Positions 19,296-29,165 of a DNA stretch of 64,000 nt are shown piece after piece (position 1 is the stretch's first letter; the number at the start of each line of letters is the position of its first letter). Below the pieces are notes generated by a model, which was not told the origin of the DNA, made no database searches, and worked only from the letters and a program-made list of their open reading frames with translations. Source of the stretch: an uncultured delta proteobacterium (GTDB lineage: Bacteria > Desulfobacterota > RBG-13-43-22). Location of the stretch: assembly GCA_963843145.1 (NCBI GenBank), contig CAWJJC010000028.1:704001-768000 (forward strand), written 5' to 3'. Both the position numbers and the translations under genes were made by a program.

Positions 19296-19391
19296 TCTCT
19301 CACAGAGCACACAGAGCTCACAGAGAATAGTCAAAAGAAAAATTCGTCTTTCTTTGCGCCCTCTGCGAACTCGAGCGAAGCGGGCGAGAGA
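19296..19391. repeat. Intergenic palindromic element with 9-nt tandem units
   Basis: CTCACAGAG-CACACAGAG-CTCACAGAG (19299-19325) mirrored by TCTTTGCGCCCTCTGCG...GCGAGAGA. Confidence 0.6.
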
Positions 19392-19436
19392 AAAAGAGAA
19401 AACCCAGTGTAAGCACAATTATGAGACTATCAATAT

Positions 19437-20390
19437 TTAAGGGACCCAACCTTCCATCAAGGCGGCCGCCAACAGGGGGATCATCAGTTCATGATGCCCG
19501 ACCAGGTAAAATCCTTGTCCCCCCTCCAAGGTCGGTCTCCGAACCACGTTGGTAGCCGGCCGGTAATGGCGGACAAAATCAAAATTCACGGTAGTCAGGT
19601 TTTTTAAAGGCCAGCCCAGATTGCGCACCAGGGTGACTGCCTTGAGAAAGACTTCCGGAAGAATAACGGCGGAACCAATATTAATGAAGACCCCTCCCTC
19701 CAGGGTTCGGACCACGGAACAAAAGGTTTGAAAGTCCCGGTAGGAGGCCCGGCCGGTGGCCTCCGGATTCATCGAGGGATGGAGGTGGATAATATCGGTG
19801 CCGATGGCCACATGGACGGTCACCGGTATCTTTTTTTGGGCGGCCATGGCCAACAAACTACTCTGGAGATGAGGTGGGGAGGAATCGAGTAAGGCCTGAC
19901 CTACCGCTTCGCCCAGTCCTCTTCCTTCGCCGGCTCCCCGGGAAATGGCTTGGTTTAAGAACAGGGCCGTCTCCTTCGCCATCCCGAAAGTCCCTCGACC
20001 CAATTCCTGGTCCACGTCCTCCGAAGTCTGGCCGACCATGGCCAACTCGCTGTCGTGGATTATCCCGGCTCCGTTGAGGGCTAAGGCGGAAATGAATCCC
20101 TTTTCCATCAAGGCGATAAGCAGAGGATTTAATCCTACTTTGATGACATGGGCGCCCATGGCCCAAAAAATGGTCTTTTTGTTCTTTTTGGCTTGGGCAA
20201 TGGCGCGGACGACGGAGCGAAAATCCTGCCCGGCCAGAATGTGGGGCAGGGAGTCCAGAAAATACCGCAAAGAGTCCCCCGGATGCCAGGGGCGGGCGAA
20301 GTCATCCAATTTCACCTTGCTGGGGCGATTTTTCAGCGAATAGGTCTTCAAACGCTTCAAGGAGAGGTTGGGGTAAGGGCGTTTTTGCAT
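19437..20390 (-). CDS. Deoxyhypusine-synthase-like (DHS fold) conserved protein
   Basis: MGAHVIKVG, NGAGIIHD.E, HVAIGTDIIH.HP, IGSAVILPEVFLKA, GHHE.M.PLL. Confidence 0.75.
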   Translation of the reverse strand: MQKRPYPNLSLKRLKTYSLKNRPSKVKLDDFARPWHPGDSLRYFLDSLPHILAGQDFRSVVRAIAQAKKNKKTIFWAMGAHVIKVGLNPLLIALMEKGFISALALNGAGIIHDSELAMVGQTSEDVDQELGRGTFGMAKETALFLNQAISRGAGEGRGLGEAVGQALLDSSPPHLQSSLLAMAAQKKIPVTVHVAIGTDIIHLHPSMNPEATGRASYRDFQTFCSVVRTLEGGVFINIGSAVILPEVFLKAVTLVRNLGWPLKNLTTVNFDFVRHYRPATNVVRRPTLEGGQGFYLVGHHELMIPLLAAALMEGWVP

Positions 20391-20982
20391 CTCGGGTCCT
20401 TAGTACTCTTTGCCCGGGAAAACACTCTGCTTCGACCATCTGGCAAAGCAGGTGTTCGATGACCAGGTGCGTTTCCTGGATGAGGGGGGTTTCCGTGGAA
20501 GGAACGATCAGCGCGTAATCGGACCACCGGACCATTTGCCCCCCGTCCTGGCCGGTGAGGGCCAGGGTTTGAATCCCTTTCTCTTGAGCCGCCTGCAGCC
20601 CCCGGAGAATATTCGGGGAGTTGCCGCTGGTGCTGATCGCTATCAGGATATCCCCGGGTAGACCCAGGGCCTGGATCTGCTTTTCAAAGATCTGGTCGAA
20701 GCCGAAGTCATTTCCGATACTGGTGATAACGGAAGTGTCGGTACTCAAGGCCAAGGCGGGCAGAGGGGAACGGTTGAGGAGAAAGCGGTTGACGAATTCC
20801 GCGGCCAAATGCTGGGCGTCGGCTGCGCTGCCCCCATTGCCCATCAGCAGGAGCTTCCTTCCCTGCTGAAAGGCCTGGCTGATCAGGCCGGCCCAATGGA
20901 CCAACCGCTCTCCCTGGGATTCAAAGAAAAGCGTTTGCAGGCGATGAAGGGCTTCCAGATGCTGTTGAATAGTCGTATGCAT
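20302..20982 (-). CDS. gmhA: D-sedoheptulose-7-phosphate isomerase
   Basis: GNGGSAADAQHLAAE, IGNDFGF, ISTSGNS.N, IQE.H; the C-terminal overlap with the next gene may be an artefact. Confidence 0.93.
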   Translation of the reverse strand: MHTTIQQHLEALHRLQTLFFESQGERLVHWAGLISQAFQQGRKLLLMGNGGSAADAQHLAAEFVNRFLLNRSPLPALALSTDTSVITSIGNDFGFDQIFEKQIQALGLPGDILIAISTSGNSPNILRGLQAAQEKGIQTLALTGQDGGQMVRWSDYALIVPSTETPLIQETHLVIEHLLCQMVEAECFPGQRVLRTRDAKTPLPQPLLEAFEDLFAEKSPQQGEIG

Positions 20983-21091
20983 GGGTATGAAAATAGAACT
21001 CGGCACCAGAAGGCATTTATTGATAGTTAATAATTAACAATTGATTATTAATTATTATTTTCAACTTTTCTATCCTATTCAGGAGTCCCTG

Positions 21092-23704
21092 TCAACCTCT
21101 TCCGCCCGACACGTTTCCCGAGGGGGCGTCGGCCGAAATCTGGAGCTTTTGACGGGCCTCTTCCATTCCCGGATCAAAGGACAGGGCTTTTTCCCACCAA
21201 AGGCGGGCCGCTTCCATCTGGTCCAATTTTTCCAAGGATAGTCCTAGAAAATAACAGAGCGTCCCGCTTCGTTCGCCCAATTCCCAGGCGGTTTCCAATT
21301 CTTTTTGGGCGTCCTGGTATTGTCTATTTTGATAGAGCGCTCGGCCCAGCCAGAACCTGAAATGGGGGTTTCCTTTTTCCAGGTCGACGCTGTAGCGGCA
21401 GAATGATAAAGCGATGGGCAAGTTGGCCTCGCGGACCAAATAGAGCGCCCCTAATTGGTGCAAGGAATAGGCATCCCGGGGATTCACCCTGACGGCGGCC
21501 TTAAAAGCGGAAAGGGCCTCATCCCAGTTGCCTTTTTTTACCCAGCACTCCCCCAGGTAGCGATGAATAAACGCCTTATCAGGATGCAGGCGGCCGGCTT
21601 GAAGAAAACAGGGAAGCGCCTGCTCTAAGAGGCCGGCGTCCCGGTAAAGCTTTCCCAATTGATACTGGGCCCCAAAATGAAGGGGATTAAGCGCAACGGC
21701 CATTTTTAAGGATTCTCGGGCCAACGAAGGGTCCTGAAGTCGGAGATAAATCAGGCCCAGATTGTAATGTCCCATGAAATCCTGAGGATCTTTCCGCAGG
21801 GCTGTTTCAAATTCCCTGATAGCCGATTCCAGATCTCCTTGTTCTCCGAAGCAGACGCCCAGGCTGTTTCGCAGGGTATTATTCTCCGGATTCACGCCGA
21901 GTCCCTTCCGGTACTCACTCAGAGCGGCAACAATTTTCCCCTGATCGAAAAGCTTATCCCCGCTGATATTCAAACTGGTGTCGTCGAAGAGCGCTATTTG
22001 GCCGTGACCCAACAGCAGGGCATGGTCTAAGGCCTTAAGGGCATTATCCAGAATATCTATTTTTTGATAATCGGTTTGGGGAAAACCCGCCGCTCCAATG
22101 GTTAGCCTCAGGTTCAATTTTTCTCGGGCTTCTTCCTGAATAGACTGGAGTCGGGGCAGGGCGGAAGGGAGGGGCTCCAGCAGTTGCACCAGGATGAGGG
22201 TGTCCGGGGAGTAGCGGGCCAGGAGTTCCGGGGTCGGACTCTGAGTCCTGATGAGCTGGGTTAGTTGCTGGAAAAGCAACCGGCGTTCCACCCGTCCCAG
22301 AAGCTCTCCTTTGAATTCCCAATCCTGAATTTGGAGCAGGGCCATCCAAAACAAACTCCAGCTCGAATGGCCCTGATGAAAAGAACGTAAAAAGTCAGGG
22401 AGCGTCAACAGCCCCTGGTTACCCCCGGCAAGAGGATAGTCTCGGTCTGGGGGTACCGGTTCCGGGTCATCTCCCTCTAACGGGGGGATTTTATCCAAAC
22501 GCGCGATCCGGTCGCCGACCGCTACTTTGTTTAGCGGGTCCCTGATCCAGCAGATCTCGGCCAGGGAGGTTTTCGGGTAGGCTTCATTGAGCGAAACGAT
22601 GGCTTTAAAGACCTCGATTTCCTGATCCCTTTCCAGGATTCCAAAAAACAAGGGGGGCAGAGCCTGGTGATAAGCGCCTAAATTAATTCTGACCCGGTTC
22701 ATCGGTAAGACTTCCAGTACTTGGCCTCTCAAGCGGATGATATCCGAAAAGCTGCAAAATGTTCCGGGTTCCATCGTTTCGGCTAATTCCCGGGCCTGTT
22801 CTGCTTTGTGTTGAATCAGTGGCGGCCCCTCCACGGACAGGTCCGGATCGGCCAATTGCGAGGATTCCGCCGCGGTAAAATGATCCGGGAAGACAGCGAA
22901 CCCCCCCCGAATATCCACTGAAACCGGACCATAATTTTTTTCAAGGTCCAGATTGGCGACCCGCAGGATTTCCTTAAGGACCAGCAAACGTTCTTTCACC
23001 GCCGCCTCATCCACCCCTTCCCAGAGGATGGATATGCCTTCCACTCCGCTGCGGCCCACTTCGCCCGGCCAGGGCAAGGTCGACTCCAAGGCCGAAGATA
23101 TTTTTTTGACCCAAAAGGTAAACCGTTCCTGAAGAAACGTCTCGGCCCCTTCTGCGGATTGGAGACCGAAGGGCTGGAAGGTAACCAGTCCCAGGCTGAA
23201 CCGGGACCCGGGTTCCGGTTCGATAGGCTTCAAATGAAGGTGGTGGGGAAACAATTTGCCCTGGCGCGAAGCGCCCGTCAATTTTTCCCTGACCAATCGG
23301 CAAAAATGGTCTTGATTAAGCAGGCCCGTCAGAGGGTCTTTCTTTTGGACGGAGAGCAGGAAAGCTTTTTCCAGGAGCAACTGGAGGACTTTGGTCAGAA
23401 AGGGGAAATCATGGGGCCGGGTTTCCTGCGAAAGGACCCCTTCCAAAATAAGTTCCAGCCATAAGTAATCCCCCTCCCCGATCGGGATCCGGATGGTTGA
23501 CATAAAGGGTTTGATTTCCGGGGTACCGCACCAGAATCGGGGAATGGGCTCCGCCTTTAAGAATAGACTTTTTTCCTGCGGAGGGGTGGACGAAGCCGGG
23601 ATTAAAAAAAGATCATTGAAGGGTAGCAACGGGCCGATTTCTTTCCGAACCAAGTCGCTGATTACCCACCAATTTTTTGGATTCGCTAGAAAAAAAGAGG
23701 CCAT
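21092..23704 (-). CDS. Protein with degenerate GGDEF-like domains and C-terminal TPR repeats
   Basis: KDPLTGLLN start of a GGDEF fold; signature positions read GRSGVEG and ARYSPDT; seven or more TPRs at the C-terminus. Confidence 0.7.
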   Translation of the reverse strand: MASFFLANPKNWWVISDLVRKEIGPLLPFNDLFLIPASSTPPQEKSLFLKAEPIPRFWCGTPEIKPFMSTIRIPIGEGDYLWLELILEGVLSQETRPHDFPFLTKVLQLLLEKAFLLSVQKKDPLTGLLNQDHFCRLVREKLTGASRQGKLFPHHLHLKPIEPEPGSRFSLGLVTFQPFGLQSAEGAETFLQERFTFWVKKISSALESTLPWPGEVGRSGVEGISILWEGVDEAAVKERLLVLKEILRVANLDLEKNYGPVSVDIRGGFAVFPDHFTAAESSQLADPDLSVEGPPLIQHKAEQARELAETMEPGTFCSFSDIIRLRGQVLEVLPMNRVRINLGAYHQALPPLFFGILERDQEIEVFKAIVSLNEAYPKTSLAEICWIRDPLNKVAVGDRIARLDKIPPLEGDDPEPVPPDRDYPLAGGNQGLLTLPDFLRSFHQGHSSWSLFWMALLQIQDWEFKGELLGRVERRLLFQQLTQLIRTQSPTPELLARYSPDTLILVQLLEPLPSALPRLQSIQEEAREKLNLRLTIGAAGFPQTDYQKIDILDNALKALDHALLLGHGQIALFDDTSLNISGDKLFDQGKIVAALSEYRKGLGVNPENNTLRNSLGVCFGEQGDLESAIREFETALRKDPQDFMGHYNLGLIYLRLQDPSLARESLKMAVALNPLHFGAQYQLGKLYRDAGLLEQALPCFLQAGRLHPDKAFIHRYLGECWVKKGNWDEALSAFKAAVRVNPRDAYSLHQLGALYLVREANLPIALSFCRYSVDLEKGNPHFRFWLGRALYQNRQYQDAQKELETAWELGERSGTLCYFLGLSLEKLDQMEAARLWWEKALSFDPGMEEARQKLQISADAPSGNVSGGRG

Positions 23705-23714
23705 AAGAAGAAGG

Positions 23715-25118
23715 TCAGGGTCGGGAGATCCATTCTTTCAACCCCTGAAGCAAGACGGGCCGATCGGCTTCCTGCAGGGTGCGCAGATCCAGCAAAAGGC
23801 GCTCTTTTTCGATTCTTCCGATGATCGGTATCTCCCGGGAACGTAGGTGTTTTTCCAGTTTGTCTATCGTCCCGGTCTGAGGAGTCAGGACCAGGGCATA
23901 GGAATCCGGTGTCGAAAGGGGTAACGCCCCCCCGCCGACCTGGGATTGGGTGAGCGTTAATTCAAAGCGGATCTCCGGACCAATAGTTTGGCGTAGTAGG
24001 CGCAACCAGCGCCTGGCCCGGCGAAGAAGGTCGGGCAGGGTGAAGCTTAACATCCGCAAGGTGGGAATTTCCCTCAGGGCCTGGTCCGTCCGGCGGTAGA
24101 GATGCAGGGTGGCTTCCAGGGCGGCTAAGGTCAGTTTGTCGATCCGCAGCGCCCGGGTGAAGGGATTCCGGCGCAGGAGTTGAATTATTTCTTGATGACC
24201 GACGATAATCCCGGCCTGGGGGCCTCCCAGGAGTTTATCTCCGCTGAAGGTGACCAAATCCGCTCCTGAACCTACGGCTTCCGGAACGGTCGGTTCTTTT
24301 TCCAGCCCGAAGGGGGAGAGATCCAGCAGGCTTCCGCTTCCCAAATCTTCCATTACCGGGATCTGCTGGGTCCGACCCAAGCCGACCAGTTGTTCCAGGG
24401 GGACCTCGGCGGTAAAGCCTAAGAGTCTAAAATTGCTGGTGTGGACCTTGAGCAGCAAGGCCGTCCGGTCGGACAGCGCGTTTTCATAATCCCGCAAATG
24501 GGTCTTGTTGGTGGTCCCTACCTCCCGGAGAATGGCTCCGCTGCGGGACATGATTTCCGGGATGCGGAAAGATCCGCCGATTTCGATCAGTTGACCCCGG
24601 GAGACCACCACCTCCCGGCCCCGGGCCAGGGTATCAAGGGCCAGCAGGACGGCGGCGGCGTTGTTGTTGACCACCAGGGCCGCCTCCGCACCGGTCAATT
24701 CCAGGAGCAGGTCCTCCACGTGGCTGTAACGACTGCCTCGTTCGCCCCGGTCAAGATCATATTCCAAATTGGAATAATGGCGGGCCACCGATTCCATCTG
24801 GGCAATGGCCTGAGGGGCCAGTAGCGACCGGCCCAGGTTGGTATGGATCACCACTCCGGTGCCGTTGACCACCCGGCGAAGATGATAGGCGGTCTTGGAT
24901 TTTAAATACTGGCCCGTTTCCCGCCAGAGGACCTCGGGGCTGAGATCCGGTTGGCGGCCATGGAGCAGCATTTCCCGTTTACGGGTTAACAGGTCCCGGA
25001 GAACCTGGAGAATCAACGCGCGGGGGTAATGGACCAGGTATTCCGAGAAGTGAGGAAAGGTCAACAAAAAGGTAACCGAAGGGATTTGCCGTAACGGTAG
25101 AGTGGATTCTTCGGGCAT
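23715..25118 (-). CDS. selA: L-seryl-tRNA(Sec) selenium transferase
   Basis: VVNGTGVVIHTNLGRS, VNNNAAA, EIGGSFR, VGTTNKTH, FSGDKLLGGPQAG. Confidence 0.96.
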   Translation of the reverse strand: MPEESTLPLRQIPSVTFLLTFPHFSEYLVHYPRALILQVLRDLLTRKREMLLHGRQPDLSPEVLWRETGQYLKSKTAYHLRRVVNGTGVVIHTNLGRSLLAPQAIAQMESVARHYSNLEYDLDRGERGSRYSHVEDLLLELTGAEAALVVNNNAAAVLLALDTLARGREVVVSRGQLIEIGGSFRIPEIMSRSGAILREVGTTNKTHLRDYENALSDRTALLLKVHTSNFRLLGFTAEVPLEQLVGLGRTQQIPVMEDLGSGSLLDLSPFGLEKEPTVPEAVGSGADLVTFSGDKLLGGPQAGIIVGHQEIIQLLRRNPFTRALRIDKLTLAALEATLHLYRRTDQALREIPTLRMLSFTLPDLLRRARRWLRLLRQTIGPEIRFELTLTQSQVGGGALPLSTPDSYALVLTPQTGTIDKLEKHLRSREIPIIGRIEKERLLLDLRTLQEADRPVLLQGLKEWISRP

Positions 25119-25215
25119 GAATAGATTTATACTGGAAGACGATTCGGTTGACAATGAAAAAAAACGCCATTACCTGTTGCCCCGTTGGAGGTTATGGGAT
25201 AGTATGCCTTTTGAT

Positions 25216-26922
25216 ATGGAATGGCAATTTCTTTCTAGTAATCCGGAGGCCGCCCGGGAATTGGCCGAGGTCCTGGGGTTGTCCCCGCTGGTAGCTCAGC
25301 TTTTGCTTCATCGTGGTCTGGAGCAACTCGAATCGGCGCAGACCTTCCTCAACCCCACCCTGTCCGGGCTTTCTTCGCCTACCCTGATGAAAGACATGGA
25401 TCGGGCGGTGGCGCGAATCATTCAAGCCATTCGCCGGCAAGAGAAGATCGCCGTTTACGGAGATTACGACGCCGATGGTCTCACCGCCACCGCGGTGCTG
25501 GTGACCTTCCTGCGCCCTTTTTTCCCGGATATTTTGTACTATATCCCGCACCGTACCCGGGAGGGGTACGGGTTAAACCAGGGGAGCCTGACCCGCCTCC
25601 ATGAACAGGGAGCAACCCTGGTGATCACCGTGGATTGCGGCAGTTCCAACCATGACGAAATCGAGTGGGCCAAAGGCCTGGGTATAGAGGTTCTGGTGAC
25701 CGATCATCATCAAGTGGGCCTCCAAGGGGTTCCCCGGGCCGCGGCGGTTGTTAATCCGAAACAGGAAGGCTGCCGGTTTCCCTACAAGGAACTGGCCGGG
25801 GTCGGCGTGGCCTTTACCCTGGTGATCGCCTTGCGGCAGGCCCTGGAGGCGGAAGGGTTTTTTCAAGGGCCTAAACCCAATCTGCGATCCTATTTGGACT
25901 TGGTGGTACTCGGTACGGTGGCGGATATGGTGCCTCTGACCGGGGATAACCGGATTTACGCGGCCGACGGACTTCGGGTTTTGAACGATTCCACCCGGGA
26001 AGGGATTTTGGCCCTGAAGGCCGTCTCCGGGATTCTGCCTTCGGCGCGGATTTCCGCGGTGGATGTGGCCTTTCGTTTGGCCCCGCGCTTAAATGCCTTA
26101 GGCCGCCTGACCGAAGCCAAAGAGGGCATTGAATTGCTGATCACCGGGGAGCGGGAACGGGCTCGTTTGCTGGCCGAAACCATGGACCAGGAAAACCGCC
26201 GCCGCCAGGAAATCGAACAGCAGCTCCTGAAGGAAATCGACGAAACCATCAGCACCAATCCCGGACTCTATCAGCGGAAGTGCCTGGTGCTCTGGTCCGA
26301 AAAATGGCCCCGGGGCATCCTGGGATTGATCGCCTCCCGCCTGGTGGAACGGTGGTTTCGGCCGGTTTTTCTCTTTGGCCTGGAAGATGGGGTGGCCCAG
26401 GGGTCGGGTCGCAGTATCGGGGGGTTCCATCTGTTTAAGGCCCTGGAAGAATTGGCGCCTCGCCTGCTGCGGTTCGGCGGCCATGCGGCCGCGGCCGGGG
26501 CGGCCCTGAAGGCCGAAGACCTCCCGTTTTTTGAACAGGCCCTGGAGGCCCTGGTTGAAAAAACCCTGCCGCCGGAAAGTTTTATTCCCTCCCTGCAAGT
26601 GGAAGCGGAGGTGGACTTCAGCCTCCTGGGCAAATCCCTGGTCCCTTATTTGCCCCGGCTGGCCCCTTTCGGGCAAGGCAATCCGGAGCCGATTTTGGTA
26701 ACGCGGCAGGTCCGGGTCAAGACCCTGCGTCCGGTGGGCAACGGCCATTTGCGGATGACCTTGGAGAATAAAGGAATCACCCTGGATGGTTTCGGGTTCA
26801 ATCTGGGAGAATTGCCGCTGGTTCCGGGAAATTTCCTGGACTTGGCCTATACCATCGATCTGGATGCGCGCGGGGGGGGGGCGTTCTTAAAACTGAAAAT
26901 CAAAGATATCCAGTTGCCTTAG
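25216..26922 (+). CDS. recJ: Single-stranded-DNA exonuclease RecJ
   Basis: YGDYDADG, TVDCG, TDHH, GTVAD.VPL, PRLNA.GR, GSGRS, FGGH..AAG, PFG.GNPEP. Confidence 0.95.
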   Translation: MEWQFLSSNPEAARELAEVLGLSPLVAQLLLHRGLEQLESAQTFLNPTLSGLSSPTLMKDMDRAVARIIQAIRRQEKIAVYGDYDADGLTATAVLVTFLRPFFPDILYYIPHRTREGYGLNQGSLTRLHEQGATLVITVDCGSSNHDEIEWAKGLGIEVLVTDHHQVGLQGVPRAAAVVNPKQEGCRFPYKELAGVGVAFTLVIALRQALEAEGFFQGPKPNLRSYLDLVVLGTVADMVPLTGDNRIYAADGLRVLNDSTREGILALKAVSGILPSARISAVDVAFRLAPRLNALGRLTEAKEGIELLITGERERARLLAETMDQENRRRQEIEQQLLKEIDETISTNPGLYQRKCLVLWSEKWPRGILGLIASRLVERWFRPVFLFGLEDGVAQGSGRSIGGFHLFKALEELAPRLLRFGGHAAAAGAALKAEDLPFFEQALEALVEKTLPPESFIPSLQVEAEVDFSLLGKSLVPYLPRLAPFGQGNPEPILVTRQVRVKTLRPVGNGHLRMTLENKGITLDGFGFNLGELPLVPGNFLDLAYTIDLDARGGGAFLKLKIKDIQLP

Positions 26923-27479
26923 GAAGAAGGGGGGAGTCCCTTCCCCTGGGCCCAGCGATACAATTCCTCGCAGGTGGGGCAGAGTTCGGTCCCTTTGCAG
27001 TCCGTTTCCCCGAGCAGACAGGAGGAATTCATGACACATAAGGGATCGCGGCAATGGGTCAGGCCGAAGGTATGGCCCAATTCATGAATCGCTTCCTTGG
27101 CGATCCGCTCCCAATACAACTTCCGATCCGGATCCAATCCATAGGATTCCGGACGCAAACGAAAAAGGGAGATGATTGCCCCTTTGCCGGACACCTGGGC
27201 CTCGCCGAAAATGTATTTCATGATGGGGATGAATAAATCCACCGGAGTGACGCCCAAAACCTTCAACGTGTCCCCGGGCAGTTGCCGCAGCATTTTCTTC
27301 AATAAGCCGGTGGAATAGTACTGGTCCCGGTGGGAGTTATAACAACTCAAGGGCAAATCCTGGGTGGGGAGGAGTCTGCTGGGTGTCCCGAAGGCCGGTT
27401 CCACCGCTGATCGGATATGGAGCAGAATCTCCTCGGGAACCGGGCCCAGGGGAAGGAGGTAGATGACCGGATCGGACAT
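26919..27479 (-). CDS. Archaemetzincin-family zinc metalloprotease
   Basis: KEAIHELGHTFGLTHC....CVM and CPTC. Confidence 0.9.
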   Translation of the reverse strand: MSDPVIYLLPLGPVPEEILLHIRSAVEPAFGTPSRLLPTQDLPLSCYNSHRDQYYSTGLLKKMLRQLPGDTLKVLGVTPVDLFIPIMKYIFGEAQVSGKGAIISLFRLRPESYGLDPDRKLYWERIAKEAIHELGHTFGLTHCRDPLCVMNSSCLLGETDCKGTELCPTCEELYRWAQGKGLPPSS

Positions 27480-27488
27480 GGCGCGGGT

Positions 27489-27757
27489 TAAATCCGAAAT
27501 CCGAAATCGACTCGGCTGAGCTCGTCGCAGGCCGAAATCCGAAACAAATTCAAATGACCCAATTTCGAAATTCGAAACATTTCCTCCCCTCGGTATTGAG
27601 GCTTAGAAAGCAGCGAATCATGCGGCGTGATGATCCGGGGATTCACCCTTCTCCAACTCCGCCGTAGGTGGGAGCAAGAGGGGGGAGATGTTTCGATCAT
27701 TTGAATTTTGAACATTCGTGCTTGTTTCGAATTTCGTGTTTCGAATTTCGGATTTAA
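27489..27757. repeat. Large imperfect inverted-repeat element built from heptamer units
   Basis: Left arm AAATCCG-AAATCCG-AAAT...CGAAATCCGAAACAAATTCAAATG...; right arm ...CATTTGAATTTTG...TTGTTTCGAATTTCGTGTTTCGAATTTCGGATTT. Confidence 0.75.
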
Positions 27758-27803
27758 TACTCCGGTCCCATTTTTGAAACCGGTAAAAGCTTATTACTCT
27801 CGC

Positions 27804-29156
27804 CTACGTCCCTCGTTCAAATCCGTATTTTTTTATTTTGTTGTACAGGGTAACCCGATCGATGCCCAGGTCAACGGCGGTTTTGGAAATATTCCAGTGG
27901 TTTTCTTCCAGGATACGGCGAATGTGTTGTTTCTCCAGTTCCTGGAGGTTCTTGGACGAGGGTTCATTCAAGACCCCGGGGTTCGGTTGGAGAAAGGTAA
28001 AATCCTTGTCCGTCAGTTCGTGCCCCGGGCTGATAACCACGGCCCGCTCAATGGCATTTTCCAATTCCCGTACGTTTCCCGGCCAGTTATACTCCATCAA
28101 CAGCTCCAGGGCCGAGGGGGTCAGGCGTTCGATCTTTTTATTGATTTCGATGGCATAGCGTCGAAGAAAATGCTTGGCCAGCAGCGGGATGTCCTCTCTC
28201 CTTTCCCGCAAGGAGGGGAGGTGCAGGCCGACTACATTAAGCCGGTAGAAAAGGTCTGATCGGAAAATCCCCTGGGTAATGGCCTGCGCCAGGTCCCGAT
28301 TGGTGGCTGAGATGATCCGCACATCGACCTTAATCAGTTCCGTCCCGCCTAAGCGGCGAAAGGACTTTTCCTGCAAGACCCGTAACAGATCAATCTGTGT
28401 TTTTAGGGAAATCTCACCAACTTCATCTAAGAATAGAGTCCCCCCGTCCGCCATTTCGAAGCGCCCCTTTTTGGTGTGGGCGGCCCCGGTGAAGGCCCCC
28501 TTCTCGTAGCCGAAGAGTTCACTTTCCAGGAGGGTATCCGGCAAGGCCCCGCAACTGAGGGCAATAAAAGGTTCATAACGACGGGGACTGATGGCGTGAA
28601 TGGCCTTGGCCGCCAGTTCCTTCCCGGTACCCGATTCGCCGGTGATCAGGACCGTGGCCTGGGTGGGGGCCACATTTCGAATCAGCTCGAAGACTTGCTG
28701 CATGGCAGCGCTTTTCCCGATCAAATCTTCAAATTCGTACTTATCCTCCAATTTTTGCCGGAGCAGGATGTTTTCCAAAATGAGATTTTTGTGCTCCAGG
28801 ATCTTTTTGATCAACAGGGCCACTTCCTCGGGGTCGAAAGGTTTGACGATATAATCATAGGCCCCGGATTTTATGGCCTCCACAGCGGTATTCACCGACC
28901 CATAGGCGGTCATGATTATGACTTCGATGTCCGGGAACTCTTTTTTTACCTCCAGCAATACCTGAAGGCCGTCCATCCCGGGCATTTTGAGGTCCAGGAG
29001 CACCACCTGGAAGGGGGCCTGTCTGATTTTTTTCAGGGCCTGGATCCCGTTTTCCGCGGCTTCCACCTGATAACTTTCCTCTTTCAACCAATTGGTTAGG
29101 GATTCCCGGACGATTTGTTCGTCATCGACGATGAGGATTCTGGGCTGTTCGGTCAT
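27804..29156 (-). CDS. Sigma54-dependent response regulator (NtrC/AtoC family)
   Basis: Receiver domain (ILIVDDE, LLDLKMPGMDG), GESGTGKE, ESELFG.EKGAFTGA, Fis HTH. Confidence 0.96.
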   Translation of the reverse strand: MTEQPRILIVDDEQIVRESLTNWLKEESYQVEAAENGIQALKKIRQAPFQVVLLDLKMPGMDGLQVLLEVKKEFPDIEVIIMTAYGSVNTAVEAIKSGAYDYIVKPFDPEEVALLIKKILEHKNLILENILLRQKLEDKYEFEDLIGKSAAMQQVFELIRNVAPTQATVLITGESGTGKELAAKAIHAISPRRYEPFIALSCGALPDTLLESELFGYEKGAFTGAAHTKKGRFEMADGGTLFLDEVGEISLKTQIDLLRVLQEKSFRRLGGTELIKVDVRIISATNRDLAQAITQGIFRSDLFYRLNVVGLHLPSLRERREDIPLLAKHFLRRYAIEINKKIERLTPSALELLMEYNWPGNVRELENAIERAVVISPGHELTDKDFTFLQPNPGVLNEPSSKNLQELEKQHIRRILEENHWNISKTAVDLGIDRVTLYNKIKKYGFERGT

Positions 29157-29165
29157 ACCTCCTCC

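Noticed and set aside
27489-27757. CRISPR array
   Set aside because: No constant-length repeats with unique spacers and no cas genes
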